This document shows, in pieces, positions 1-9,268 of a DNA stretch of 64,000 bases. The DNA is from an uncultured Gemmatimonadales bacterium (lineage in GTDB: Bacteria; Gemmatimonadota; Gemmatimonadetes; Gemmatimonadales; GWC2-71-9): positions 2,631,685 through 2,695,684 of the forward strand of contig CAVWRM010000001.1 of NCBI GenBank assembly GCA_963757525.1, in the 5' to 3' direction. A program made the translations under genes and the position numbers. Position 1 is the stretch's first letter; the number at the start of each line of letters is the position of its first letter. The notes under the pieces are model-generated. The model was not told the origin of the DNA. It ran no database searches and saw nothing but the letters and a program-made list of their open reading frames with translations.

Positions 1-467
1 CGCGGCGGTTGCGGTCCCTGACGCCCAGGTAGAGGGCGTACGGGTAGACGGTGCAGAGGCAGAACACGAGCGACCAGTAGCGGGCCAGCTGGGAGTAGGA
101 GATGAGCACGGGGTTGACCGTGAGCAGCAGCGCGCCGAGCAGGGCGGCGCGCTCGCTCACGAGGCGCCGGGCCACGAAGAAGAAGGAGGGGACGGCCAGC
201 ACGCCGAACAGCGCCGGCAGCAGACGCAGGCTGAACTCATCGAGCGGCATGAACGGCCGGATGAGGAAATAGTTGAGCAGGTATCCCAGCGGCCGCGGAT
301 TGTGGAACTGCGGGCGGACTGAATCGCGGAGTGTAAAAATCTCCGTCGCCTGGAAATTCCACTCCCCGAGTCGCCAGAAACGCAGGATGATGGCGAGGAC
401 GACCAGCCCGGCGATGATCGCGAGAGTCGTGGTCTCGGTTCGTCTATGGGGCTCTGGGGCGCTCATG
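1..467 (-). CDS. Integral-membrane GT-C glycosyltransferase (family 39 / ArnT-PMT-like), N-terminal part; gene continues past the left edge
   Basis: Minus-strand frame is open from position 1 to an ATG (revcomp of 465-467). It is absent from the ORF track, presumably because it is edge-truncated. Own translation: MSAPEPHRRTETTTLAIIAGLVVLAIILRFWRLGEWNFQATEIFTLRDS...RLLPALFGVLAVPSFFFVARRLVSERAALLGALLLTVNPVLISYSQLARYW. This is the TM / periplasmic loop / TM pattern typical of ArnT/PMT_2 enzymes. G/C-rich third positions. Confidence 0.55.
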
Positions 468-935
468 CGGGGCGTCGGCGGGGAGGTGCCAGATCAGACG
501 TCTCCATGACGGGTTCCACGCTAGGGTGTGATCGGCACTGGGGGCGAGCAGGCCGAAATGTCGCGGGGGCGGGTGGAGAGTGGAAGGGGAGCGTGCAACT
601 CCTTGCACTGTGGAATAATTGCGCATTTTTGACACTTGACAAATGTGACCCATCTCACCATTCTCTACGCCGGCGCGAGCCTCCCCGATGACGAGATGAG
701 CACCTCCCGGTGCTCATTCCTTCGCGCTCTGCACGACTAGTTCACTAGTCTCAGCGCACCCGTACGATACCAGCACAGCCATAGGGACACGGCAGAGATC
801 CTGTCGTTCCCACCGCGTCAGGACTATCACACCGACGAGCCGCCGCTCCGGCCGTGCCGAGCGCCGCCCATCGCCTGCCGCGACTACTGTGTCACTCCCA
901 AACCTATTGTTGACGGAGAGAGGGGAACACCGCGC

Positions 936-1889
936 ATGTCCCACAGCTTCAAGCTCGCCCGCAGAATCGCCCGCTTTCGAGCCCCGGTTCTCGGCGCCGC
1001 CATTTTGACCTTCCTCGGCTGTAACAGCACCGACTCATTCAACCCCGAGAGCAGCGCTCCGGCCGCGCCGGTAAGCACCGGTTCGGAGATCGCCGACGGC
1101 CCGTCGCTCGCGTCAGGCAACTTTTCGGGCGGCATTCCCATCGGGTTGTTCGCCCAGCCGACGACCGAGTTCGGCAGCCGGTACAACGGCGCCAAGAAGA
1201 ACATCGGGCCCAAGGGTCTGCTGAGGGAGCTGGCGGCCATCAAGGCCAGAGGGGGCCGAGTGGTGTTGGCGTTCGCCGGCGATCAGAAGTATTTCCGGGA
1301 CGCGCAGGGCCACTTCAGCCTCGACAAGTGGAAGGAACGGATCAGCCGGTACAAGAACGTCAACTTCTCCCAGTACGTGAATGACGGCACCATTATCGGC
1401 CACTATCTGGTCGACGAGCCGAACGATCCCAACAACTGGAGTGGCAAGCCGGTGCCTGCCTCGGTGGTGGAAGACATGGCGAAGTACAGCAAGTCGCTGT
1501 GGCCCGGCATGGCAACCCTCGTTCGCGCGGATCCCGCGTACTTCATCGGGGGCAAATATCAGTACCTCGACGCCGCGTGGGCCCAGTACCTGTCCCGGAA
1601 GGGCAGCGCTCGCGACTACATCAACTCGCGTGTCTCCGATGCGCAGAAGGCCGGGCTTCAGCTGATCGTGGGCCTCAACTTCATGAAGGGTGGCACGCCC
1701 AACGGTCGCCCGATGACCGCCAAGCAGGTCGTGGACTGGGGATCGGATCTCCTCAGCAGCTCCTATCCCTGTGCGTTCATCAGCTACCAGTACAACGCCA
1801 GCCATCTGGCCTCCAACGACATGAAGAACGCGATGGATGCTCTCCGGAAGAAGGCGGAGAGCCGCGCCACCAAGAGCTGCCGCAGCTGA
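936..1889 (+). CDS. Secreted lipoprotein of unknown function (possibly glycoside-hydrolase-like)
   Basis: 317-aa ORF. Signal peptide with lipobox (AAILTFLG|C). YLVDEPNDPNNW loosely resembles the NEP motif of GH5-type TIM barrels. Good codon bias. Confidence 0.6.
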   Translation: MSHSFKLARRIARFRAPVLGAAILTFLGCNSTDSFNPESSAPAAPVSTGSEIADGPSLASGNFSGGIPIGLFAQPTTEFGSRYNGAKKNIGPKGLLRELAAIKARGGRVVLAFAGDQKYFRDAQGHFSLDKWKERISRYKNVNFSQYVNDGTIIGHYLVDEPNDPNNWSGKPVPASVVEDMAKYSKSLWPGMATLVRADPAYFIGGKYQYLDAAWAQYLSRKGSARDYINSRVSDAQKAGLQLIVGLNFMKGGTPNGRPMTAKQVVDWGSDLLSSSYPCAFISYQYNASHLASNDMKNAMDALRKKAESRATKSCRS

Positions 1890-1914
1890 TGCATCGCTGA
1901 GGGGCATGACGCCG

Positions 1915-1946
1915 AACGGGCGCCGCGGATTGCCGCGGCGCCCGTT
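1915..1946. terminator. Bidirectional intrinsic terminator between convergent genes
   Basis: Perfect 14-bp GC-rich inverted repeat AACGGGCGCCGCGG-ATTG-CCGCGGCGCCCGTT followed by TGCGTT. It lies between the stops at 1889 (+) and 1978 (-). Confidence 0.7.
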
Positions 1947-1977
1947 TGCGTTGCTCGCCGGCCGCGATGCGGTGGTG

Positions 1978-2751
1978 CTACCAGCCGCCGCGGCGGAAGA
2001 GGATGGTGGGGATGGTCCGGAGCATGATCCGCAGGTCGCCCACCAGGCTCTGGCTCTGGATGTAGGCCAGGTCGTAGCTCACCTTGGTCCGCACATCCTC
2101 GATCGAGCGGTCGTAGTGGTGGTTGATCTGGGCCAGCCCGGTGATCCCCGGCTTGGCCCGCTGCCGCAGGGGATACTCGCTGATGTGCTCCCGCAGCTGG
2201 GCGAAGATGGTGGGCCGCTCCGGCCGGGGCCCCACGATGTTCATGTCGCCCTTGACCACGTTGAGCAGCTGGGGCAGCTCGTCCAGCCGGTACTGCCGCA
2301 GCAGCCGGCCCACCGGGGTGACCCGGGGATCCTGCTGCTGGGCCCACACCGCGCCGGAGTGCTGCTCGGCGTCGACCCGCATGGTGCGGAACTTATAGAT
2401 GGTGAAGGGGCGGCCCCCCAGGTCGCGGTGGCGCCGCCGGTTCTGGGGCCGGGGCCCGAGGGCCCGGCGATCGAGCCCGACCCGCTCCTGGGTGTAGAAC
2501 ATCGGCCCCCGGGAGGTCAGCGTGACCAGCAGCCCCACGATCAGCAGCACCGGCGACATGATCACCAGCGCCACCACCGCCAACACCACGTTGAGGAGCC
2601 GATTGCTCCAAAAGTTGGGTCGGGAGGCGAAGGGACCCGAATCGTCGTGGGGGTGACCGTCGAGCGCGGCGGGTTGCGTGTCGACACGCCAACGCTTCTC
2701 GCGTGGCGCGGGCGCCCCCGAAGGCTCGGCACGTTCGACGAGTGCTTCCAT
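1978..2751 (-). CDS. Bacterial sugar transferase (polyprenyl-phosphate sugar-1-phosphate transferase, WbaP/EpsL-type)
   Basis: TM helix LLNVVLAVVALVIMSPVLLIVGLLV, then conserved GPMFYTQERVG, FTIYKFRTM, DELPQLLNVVKGDMNIVGPRPERP and KPGITGLAQI. The track ORF (1978..2994) is trimmed to the ATG at 2751 because the region upstream loses coding bias. Confidence 0.85.
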   Translation of the reverse strand: MEALVERAEPSGAPAPREKRWRVDTQPAALDGHPHDDSGPFASRPNFWSNRLLNVVLAVVALVIMSPVLLIVGLLVTLTSRGPMFYTQERVGLDRRALGPRPQNRRRHRDLGGRPFTIYKFRTMRVDAEQHSGAVWAQQQDPRVTPVGRLLRQYRLDELPQLLNVVKGDMNIVGPRPERPTIFAQLREHISEYPLRQRAKPGITGLAQINHHYDRSIEDVRTKVSYDLAYIQSQSLVGDLRIMLRTIPTILFRRGGW

Positions 2752-3048
2752 CCACCGAATCAAATGGTTTGCTCGTGGCTGGTTGTCGTGGCGATGACGA
2801 TCTGGTCCGTTATTCCCCGGTACGCGCCGGCGACTGGCGCGTTTTCCGGGACCGAGAGGCGTTCTCGGAGCTACGGATTTCGCACGATCCATGCCCGCAA
2901 CAGGTAGGGTGCAACGGGTAGCACGGTCACCAATTAAGTTATACCGGAACAAGAGCTTACGTCCTCTCGACGCGGGCACGGTTTCGGGCCACAAATCACC
3001 CGTCGTGTAGGGATTCGGCTACATGAGTTCCAGTAGTGTTACACCCGA

Positions 3049-3192
3049 TCAACGCAGTGCCCACCAGCGCACCAACAGGGTGACGCCCAGCGCAAGCAAC
3101 AGATGGATCACGCCGTTCGTGACCGGACTGAGAAACAGCATGCCCAGCCACGCCGCGAGCGACCCGAGCGCCAACAGAAGCGTGAATGTCAT
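3049..3192 (-). CDS. Small (47 aa) two-helix membrane protein, lmo0937-like
   Basis: C-terminal part of the 98-aa track ORF: MTFTLLLALGSLAAWLGMLFLSPVTNGVIHLLLALGVTLLVRWWALR. A GAGGA Shine-Dalgarno lies 5 nt upstream of the ATG at 3192. Confidence 0.5.
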   Translation of the reverse strand: MTFTLLLALGSLAAWLGMLFLSPVTNGVIHLLLALGVTLLVRWWALR

Positions 3193-3436
3193 CGATGTCC
3201 TCGAGAGGAAGCGACGCCGACCGCGCGAATCGGCGCGGTTGACCTCATCTGCGCGTATTCCTATCTTAGCCGGAGCGGTAGCGGTGAGCCAAATTATTGA
3301 GCCAACAGGTCCGATGATGGGCCCGAATACCGTAGCCGATGTCATGCCCCACGGGGGAAGACAGGAGTTACTGGTGAGGGTGCCGCAGCTTCACATTGGG
3401 CTTCAATAATCCTCTCCGTTGCCGCCACACCTTCGC

Positions 3437-3468
3437 GCCGATCGGCCTCCGGTCGGCGTTTGTGTGTT
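3437..3468 (+). terminator. Orphan terminator-like hairpin + U-tract in the leader of the pterin operon (candidate attenuator / riboswitch expression platform)
   Basis: GCCGATCGG-CCT-CCGGTCGGC (9 bp including one G-U pair) followed by GTTTGTGTGTT. It is on the + strand, 60 nt upstream of the ATG at 3528, with no + strand gene upstream for about 1.5 kb. Confidence 0.45.
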
Positions 3469-3527
3469 CCGCCTTGACCTTCGTGCAGGCCCCCGCATCT
3501 TCCTCACAGCCCCGTCCTGGATCCGTG

Positions 3528-3941
3528 ATGCCGCGATGCAGCGTGACGCGGCGCGTGCACTTCAACGCCGCGCACCGCCTCCACAACCCCGACCGCTCCG
3601 ATGCGTGGAACCGGAAGACCTTCGGCCCGTGCAATCATCCCAATTATCACGGGCACAATTACGAGCTGGAGCTGACCGTGGAAGGGGACGTCGATCCGGC
3701 GACGGGATACGTCATGGACCTGAATCAGCTCAAGGCGCTGGCCCAGGAGCGGCTGCTGAACCGGCTCGACCACAAGAATCTGAATCTCGACGTGCCCTGG
3801 TTCCGGGACCTGATCCCGACCTCCGAGAACATCGCCATCGTCTGCTGGCGCGAGCTGCGTGCCGCCATCCCCTCGGAACTCGACCTGCGGCTCAGACTCT
3901 GGGAGACACCGAGGAACTATGTCGACTACACCGGAGCCTAA
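3528..3941 (+). CDS. 6-pyruvoyl-tetrahydropterin synthase family enzyme (PTPS/QueD), eukaryote-like PTPS type
   Basis: [34 protein letters not shown]...[19 protein letters not shown] closely parallels my recollection of mammalian PTPS (CNNPNGHGHNYKV...DHKNLD.DVPYF). Start trimmed to the ATG at 3528. Confidence 0.85.
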   Translation: MPRCSVTRRVHFNAAHRLHNPDRSDAWNRKTFGPCNHPNYHGHNYELELTVEGDVDPATGYVMDLNQLKALAQERLLNRLDHKNLNLDVPWFRDLIPTSENIAIVCWRELRAAIPSELDLRLRLWETPRNYVDYTGA

Positions 3942-4572
3942 GGGCCGAGTGCCGGCGCGTCCCGAGCGCACGGTCGTGACCCATCCCGAAGAGCCGGGGG
4001 CGCATCCCGAGCCGTTCGCCGACAAGGTCCGCGACATCCTCCGGGCCCTCGGCGAGGATCCGGGACGCGAAGGGCTCCTGAAGACGCCCGAGCGGGTGGA
4101 AGCATCGCTCCGATTCCTGACCCAGGGATATGACATGTCGGTCGAGGAGGTCGTCGGCGAGGCGGTGTTCGAGGAGACCCACCAGAGCATGATCATGGTG
4201 CGCGACATCGAGCTCTACTCGCTCTGCGAGCACCACCTGCTCCCCTTCTTCGGGCGGGCCCACGTGGCCTACGTCCCGGACGGCAAGATTCTCGGGCTCT
4301 CGAAGGTCGCGCGGATCGTGGACCTCTACGCGCGGAGGCTGCAGGTGCAGGAGCGGCTCACCGACCAGATCGCCGACGCGGTCATGGATGTCCTCGGACC
4401 CAGCGGCGTGGGGGTCGTGATCGAGGCGGCGCACTTCTGCATGATGATGCGCGGGGTGCAGAAGCAGAACTCTCGCACGGTCACGAGCGCCCTGCGCGGC
4501 ATCTTCCGTGACGACTCCAAGACCCGGGTCGAATTCCTCCGCCTGGCGCATGGGGGCCGGGCGATCGAGTGA
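3919..4572 (+). CDS. folE: GTP cyclohydrolase I
   Basis: [39 protein letters not shown] and HFCMMMRGV motifs. Start taken at MSTTPEP (3919), overlapping the PTPS end by 23 nt. Confidence 0.95.
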   Translation: MSTTPEPKGRVPARPERTVVTHPEEPGAHPEPFADKVRDILRALGEDPGREGLLKTPERVEASLRFLTQGYDMSVEEVVGEAVFEETHQSMIMVRDIELYSLCEHHLLPFFGRAHVAYVPDGKILGLSKVARIVDLYARRLQVQERLTDQIADAVMDVLGPSGVGVVIEAAHFCMMMRGVQKQNSRTVTSALRGIFRDDSKTRVEFLRLAHGGRAIE

Positions 4573-5264
4573 CGGAGCTGGCTGGACGCCTGGCGGTCGT
4601 GACCGGGGCGTCGCGAGGCATAGGGGCCGAAGCCGGCGCGGCGCTGGCTCGCGCTGGGGCGAGGGTCGTCCGCGTGGCCAGGAGCCTCGAGCCGGGAGCG
4701 CGCGACGGCTTCGAGGATCGGCGCTGCGACATGAGTGATCCTGCGGCGGTGGCCGCGCTGGCCGCCGACGTGATACAGAAGATCGGCACGCCCGACATCG
4801 TGGTGAGCAATGCCGGCGTGTTCGACCGGATCCGCTTCGGGGACGCCACGGTCGAGGAACTGCAACGGCAGCTCGCCGTCAACCTGGTGGGCCCGTTCGC
4901 CCTGGCGCGCGGGTTTCTCCCCGCCATGCAGGCGCGCGGGTCGGGTCACCATATCGCGGTGGGCAGCGTCGCCGATCATACCGGGTTCCCGGAGAACTCG
5001 GTCTACTCCGCCACCAAGTACGGCCTCCGCGGCATGCACGAGGCGCTCACGGCGGAGTACCGCGGGACCGGCCTTCGGTTCAGCCTGGTATCGCCGGGGC
5101 CCACCGACACGGCCATCTGGGACACGGTCAATCCGGCGGCCCGTGGGTCCATCCGCCCGCGCAGCGAGATGCTGCGCGCCGCCGACGTCGCCGAGGCGAT
5201 CCTGTTCGTGGCCACCCGGCCGTCGCACGTCACCATCGACTGGCTTCGCTTGGGGCCTTCCTGA
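4569..5264 (+). CDS. Short-chain dehydrogenase/reductase (candidate sepiapterin/pteridine reductase by context)
   Basis: VTGASRGIG cofactor motif, NAG, catalytic YSATK. Its start codon overlaps the folE stop by 4 nt (4569-4572). Confidence 0.85.
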   Translation: MTELAGRLAVVTGASRGIGAEAGAALARAGARVVRVARSLEPGARDGFEDRRCDMSDPAAVAALAADVIQKIGTPDIVVSNAGVFDRIRFGDATVEELQRQLAVNLVGPFALARGFLPAMQARGSGHHIAVGSVADHTGFPENSVYSATKYGLRGMHEALTAEYRGTGLRFSLVSPGPTDTAIWDTVNPAARGSIRPRSEMLRAADVAEAILFVATRPSHVTIDWLRLGPS

Positions 5265-5293
5265 GCGGCGCTCGCTTCCAGGGTACCATTCCC

Positions 5294-6862
5294 ATGACCT
5301 TCCGTTCGCTCGTCGCGCTGGCGGTCCTCCTCATCCCCGGGCCCGCCGTGGCCCAGGAGGGCATGCCGCCCCTGGCCGACAGCACCGGCTGGGGCGTTCA
5401 TGTGCTCACGGCCGCGCGCGACCCGCAGGGGGGCATCTGGGTGGGCACTTACGGGGCGGGGATGTATCGGCTCGCGCCCGGCGCCAAGGCGTGGCAGGCG
5501 TTCCGGCACGACACGGCGAACGCGGGCTCCATCTCGATGGACTTCGTGCAGGCCATCGCCTTCGGTCGTCGAGGCGAGATCTGGTACGGCACGGTGGGCA
5601 ACGGATGGGGTCTGTCGGTGGACGGCGGCGCCACCTGGCGCAACTGGACCTACGACCAGCTCGGTCCCGAGTGGCAGTACGTCGCGCCCGGCGGCATCGC
5701 GGTGCGGGGCGACACGACGATGATCGCCACCGCCGATGGTCTCCAGATCACCGTGGACGACGGCGCCCAGTGGACCGCCATCGGCGACGCGGTGGGTCCC
5801 CCGGCCAAGGGGCCCGCGGATACGCTGCTTCCGCTGCTCTCCAACGAATACGTGCGCCGGCTCGCGCCCGACCGCCGCGGGTGGAACGTCACCACCTTGC
5901 GCGGTAACCAACGGCTTCGCCACACGGACGCGGGCTGGCAGATCCAGCCGCTCAACGCCGCGGCCTTTCCGCCGGCGAACGCGGTGCTGATCGGCCGCCA
6001 GTTGTTTCGGGGCACGCCGTGCGGGCTCCGCCCGACGGCCGACACGCTTCCGTGTCTGCGCGTCAACGCCAAGGACGCGGGCGCGCCCAAGCCGCCGCTC
6101 ACCGCGTGGCTGAGCCGTCCGATCGCCCTCAGCGATAACCCGTACATCGACCAGACGTACCGCTACGGCTCGACGATGGGCGGGTTCTTTCAGGAGCACC
6201 AGGGCGTCGAGTTCAACAACCCCGACGGCACCCCGGTGATGGCGGCACTGGGCGGTACCGTGGTGTACGCCGGGCCTGCGGAGCAGGGAGCGCTGACCGT
6301 CACCATCCGCCATGACTCGACCATCACCGCCGACGGCACACGCTACCGGCTGTACTCCACCTACTATCACAATTCGTCGCTGCTCGTGAAGGTGGGCGCC
6401 AAGGTCCGCACCGGTCAGGTCATCTCCCGGGTCGGCAACACCGGCCGCGCCACCAACGATCATCTGCATCTCGAGGTGTCCATCTCGCCCACCGACTCCA
6501 TCGGCGCGATCGTGGACTCGCTCCAGCGATTTCCCCCGTACACCACCAACCCGGAGCTCTGGCTCCAGCCGCTGGCCAACACCGGGATCATCGCCGGCCA
6601 GGTGTTCGATGCCTCGGGGGCCCCGGTGCGCCAGGCCCGGATCTACGGCATCCTCAAGACCGAGCCGAAGGAGACGCCGTTCTCGTACGCCGAGACGTAC
6701 GGGGAGCACGGCCACTCGCATCCGCTGTACGGCGAGCATTTCGCCGTCAGCGACGTGCCGGCCGGCACCTACGTCGTGGGCACCGAGATCGGGGGGAAGA
6801 AGGTGTTTCGCTCGGTGACGGTCGAGCCGGGGCTGCTGACGTGGGTGGTGTTCCGCCCCTGA
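5294..6862 (+). CDS. Secreted M23 metallopeptidase with N-terminal beta-propeller repeats and C-terminal carboxypeptidase-regulatory-like domain
   Basis: Signal peptide. GGIWVGTYGAGMYRL / EIWYGTVGNGWGLS propeller-type repeats. M23 motifs HQGVEF and GNTGRATNDHLHLEV. C-terminal GIIAGQVFDASGAPV. Confidence 0.8.
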   Translation: MTFRSLVALAVLLIPGPAVAQEGMPPLADSTGWGVHVLTAARDPQGGIWVGTYGAGMYRLAPGAKAWQAFRHDTANAGSISMDFVQAIAFGRRGEIWYGTVGNGWGLSVDGGATWRNWTYDQLGPEWQYVAPGGIAVRGDTTMIATADGLQITVDDGAQWTAIGDAVGPPAKGPADTLLPLLSNEYVRRLAPDRRGWNVTTLRGNQRLRHTDAGWQIQPLNAAAFPPANAVLIGRQLFRGTPCGLRPTADTLPCLRVNAKDAGAPKPPLTAWLSRPIALSDNPYIDQTYRYGSTMGGFFQEHQGVEFNNPDGTPVMAALGGTVVYAGPAEQGALTVTIRHDSTITADGTRYRLYSTYYHNSSLLVKVGAKVRTGQVISRVGNTGRATNDHLHLEVSISPTDSIGAIVDSLQRFPPYTTNPELWLQPLANTGIIAGQVFDASGAPVRQARIYGILKTEPKETPFSYAETYGEHGHSHPLYGEHFAVSDVPAGTYVVGTEIGGKKVFRSVTVEPGLLTWVVFRP

Positions 6863-7449
6863 TGTTCATCGAGCTCACCGACCATCTTCGCTGCCCCGCC
6901 GACCACGAGGAACAGTTTCTGGTCCTGCTCCCCGACCGGATGGAGGGCCGCTCCGTCCGCACGGGGCAGCTCGGCTGCCCGGTCTGTGGCCGGCAATTTC
7001 GGGTGGTGAACGGCGTCTTCGATGCCGGTGAGGCTCCCAGTCTGCCTGACAGCCAGTCCGCCCTGACTGCCGATGCGCTGACGACGCTGGCGGGCCTGCA
7101 CGGACCGGGGGGGTACATGGTGATTGCCGGCCCGCCCGCCGCGCTTGTGGACGAGGTCCTGGCCCGGACACCGGGCGTCGGACTCGTGACCGTCAATCCG
7201 CCGTCGGCCGTGGAAGATGGAGGAATCGTGAGCGTGCTGCGGGCGGGCATGCTGCCGCTCAAGTCCCGCTCCATGCGCGGCGTGGTGCTGGGCCCGCCGT
7301 TCGGCGGCGATCCGCGCTGGGTCACCGAGGCTGCCCGCGTCGTGTTGCCTGGACTCAGAGTGGTGGGGGAGGGGCCGGACCCCGAGGGCGTCGAGCTCGA
7401 GCTGCTCGCGAGCGCCGGAGGAGTGTGGGTCGGGACGCCGCGGCGGTGA
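6862..7449 (+). CDS. Hypothetical protein with N-terminal Trm112-like zinc-ribbon
   Basis: MFIELTDHLRCPADH...LGCPVCGRQFRVVNGV. The ATG at 6862 shares one base with the upstream TGA stop. Confidence 0.5.
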   Translation: MFIELTDHLRCPADHEEQFLVLLPDRMEGRSVRTGQLGCPVCGRQFRVVNGVFDAGEAPSLPDSQSALTADALTTLAGLHGPGGYMVIAGPPAALVDEVLARTPGVGLVTVNPPSAVEDGGIVSVLRAGMLPLKSRSMRGVVLGPPFGGDPRWVTEAARVVLPGLRVVGEGPDPEGVELELLASAGGVWVGTPRR

Positions 7450-7459
7450 AAGGAGGGAC

Positions 7460-9199
7460 TCAGGCGCTCCGGTGATCGGCGTAGAGCGCTTCGATCGCCG
7501 TGCGGTTGCGCTCCTCGACGATGCGGCGGCGCACCTTGAGGGTCGGCGTCAGCTCGCCGGCGTCGACGCTGAAATCGCGCGCCAGCAGCAGGAACTTCTT
7601 CGGCATCTCGAACTGGGCGAGGTCGCGCAGTGACTTCAGGACTTCCCGCTCGAGCTTGGTCTGCACTTCCGGCAGCGTCACCAGGCGCTCGATCTCCGAA
7701 TCTCCCTTGACGTGCCGGGCGGCCCACGCGCGCAGGACCTCGCGCTCGGGCACCACCAGCATGATGGGAAACGGCCGGCGGTCGCCCAGCATCACCGCGT
7801 TCGAGACGTAGCGGCTGGTCTTGGCGAGGTTCTCGATCGGTTGGGGGGCGATGTTCTTGCCGCCGGCCGTCACGATCAGGTCCTTCTTGCGGTCGGTGAT
7901 GCTGAGGTAGCCCTCCTCGTCGATCGCGCCGATATCACCGGTGTGAAACCAGCCCTCCTCGTCGATCGCCTGGGCGGTCGCGTCCGGCCTGTTGAAATAC
8001 CCAAGCATGATATTCGGCCCCCGCGTGATGATCTCGCCGTCGGGAGCGATGCGGATCTCCACGCCCGGCATGGCTCTGCCCACCGTGCCCAGCTTGGTCT
8101 GACCCGGAATGTTCACGGCCATCACCGGCGAGGTCTCCGTGAGCCCGTAGCCCTCCACGATCGTGAGGCCGGCGGCGTAGAAGAACCGGGCGACCTCCGG
8201 CGAGAGCGGGGCGCCGCCCGAGATGAAGAGCCGAATCCGCCCGCCGGTGCGGGCGCGGAGCTTGGCGAAGACGAGCCGGTCGGCCAGCGCGCGCTTCAGC
8301 TGGAGTGATACCGGCACGTGCCGGCCCGCGAGCGTGAGGTCTGCCCATTGCTCGCCCGTGTTTCGGGCCCAGGCGAACAGCCGCCGGCGCGCCGCCGAGC
8401 TGGTGCGCACGCTGTCCAGCACCCGCTCGAAGATCTTCTCGTACAGCCTCGGCACCGAGGCCATGATGGTGGGCCGTCGGGCCACCATGTCGCCCGGCAC
8501 GGTGTCGAATCCCCCCGCGTAGTTGATCGTCACCCCCGAGTGGAACATCGAGTAGTGTCCGAACATCCGCTCGAAGATGTGGGAGAGCGGAAGGAAGGAG
8601 AGGCACTCGTCGCTGGGCGAGAAGTCGAACAGCCCGACGGCCGTGGTGACGTTGGAGGCGATGTTGCCGTGACTGAGCATCACGCCCTTGGGATCACCGG
8701 TCGTTCCCGACGTATAGATCAGGGTGGCGAGGTCGTCGAGAGTGGCCTCGAGCGCCAGCTCGCGCCAGCGCGGATACCGGCTCCTCGCCTCGCGGCCGCG
8801 GGTCAGCACCTCGTCGAACCGCAGCACCCCGGCGCGGGCGCCGGCCGACTCGAAGGCGATGATGTGCCGAAGCTGGGGCAGACGCTCGCGGATGACGAGC
8901 AGCTTCTCCACCTGCGCCGGGGTGGAGACGAGGATCGCCACCGCGGCCGAGTCGCGCAGGATGTACTCAGCCTGCTTGGCGGGAAGGGTGGGATAGATGG
9001 GAACGTTGGTGCACCGGGCGGCGAGGCAGGCGAAATCGCTGATGGCCCACTCCGGCCGGTTCTCCGACAGGATCGCCACGCGGTCGCCTGGCGCTACACC
9101 CAGCTCGACGAGGCCGAGGCTGAGGTCCTGCACCCGGTCGGCGAGGTCCCGATAGCCGAGGTCGGCCCACTGGCCCTCGCGCCGCGAGCGAAGCGCCAC
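7460..9199 (-). CDS. Long-chain fatty-acid--CoA ligase (AMP-forming)
   Basis: YTSGTTGDPKGV, GYGLTETSP and TGDIG..DEEGYLSITDRKKD motifs. The start is uncertain (see finding on 9197-9259). Confidence 0.85.
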   Translation of the reverse strand: MALRSRREGQWADLGYRDLADRVQDLSLGLVELGVAPGDRVAILSENRPEWAISDFACLAARCTNVPIYPTLPAKQAEYILRDSAAVAILVSTPAQVEKLLVIRERLPQLRHIIAFESAGARAGVLRFDEVLTRGREARSRYPRWRELALEATLDDLATLIYTSGTTGDPKGVMLSHGNIASNVTTAVGLFDFSPSDECLSFLPLSHIFERMFGHYSMFHSGVTINYAGGFDTVPGDMVARRPTIMASVPRLYEKIFERVLDSVRTSSAARRRLFAWARNTGEQWADLTLAGRHVPVSLQLKRALADRLVFAKLRARTGGRIRLFISGGAPLSPEVARFFYAAGLTIVEGYGLTETSPVMAVNIPGQTKLGTVGRAMPGVEIRIAPDGEIITRGPNIMLGYFNRPDATAQAIDEEGWFHTGDIGAIDEEGYLSITDRKKDLIVTAGGKNIAPQPIENLAKTSRYVSNAVMLGDRRPFPIMLVVPEREVLRAWAARHVKGDSEIERLVTLPEVQTKLEREVLKSLRDLAQFEMPKKFLLLARDFSVDAGELTPTLKVRRRIVEERNRTAIEALYADHRSA

Positions 9200-9268
9200 G
9201 GGGCGGTCGCCGAACCGGTCGATCGCCCCGAAGTACAGCTCGGTGAGGGTGCGAGGCGTGGCGGCCTC

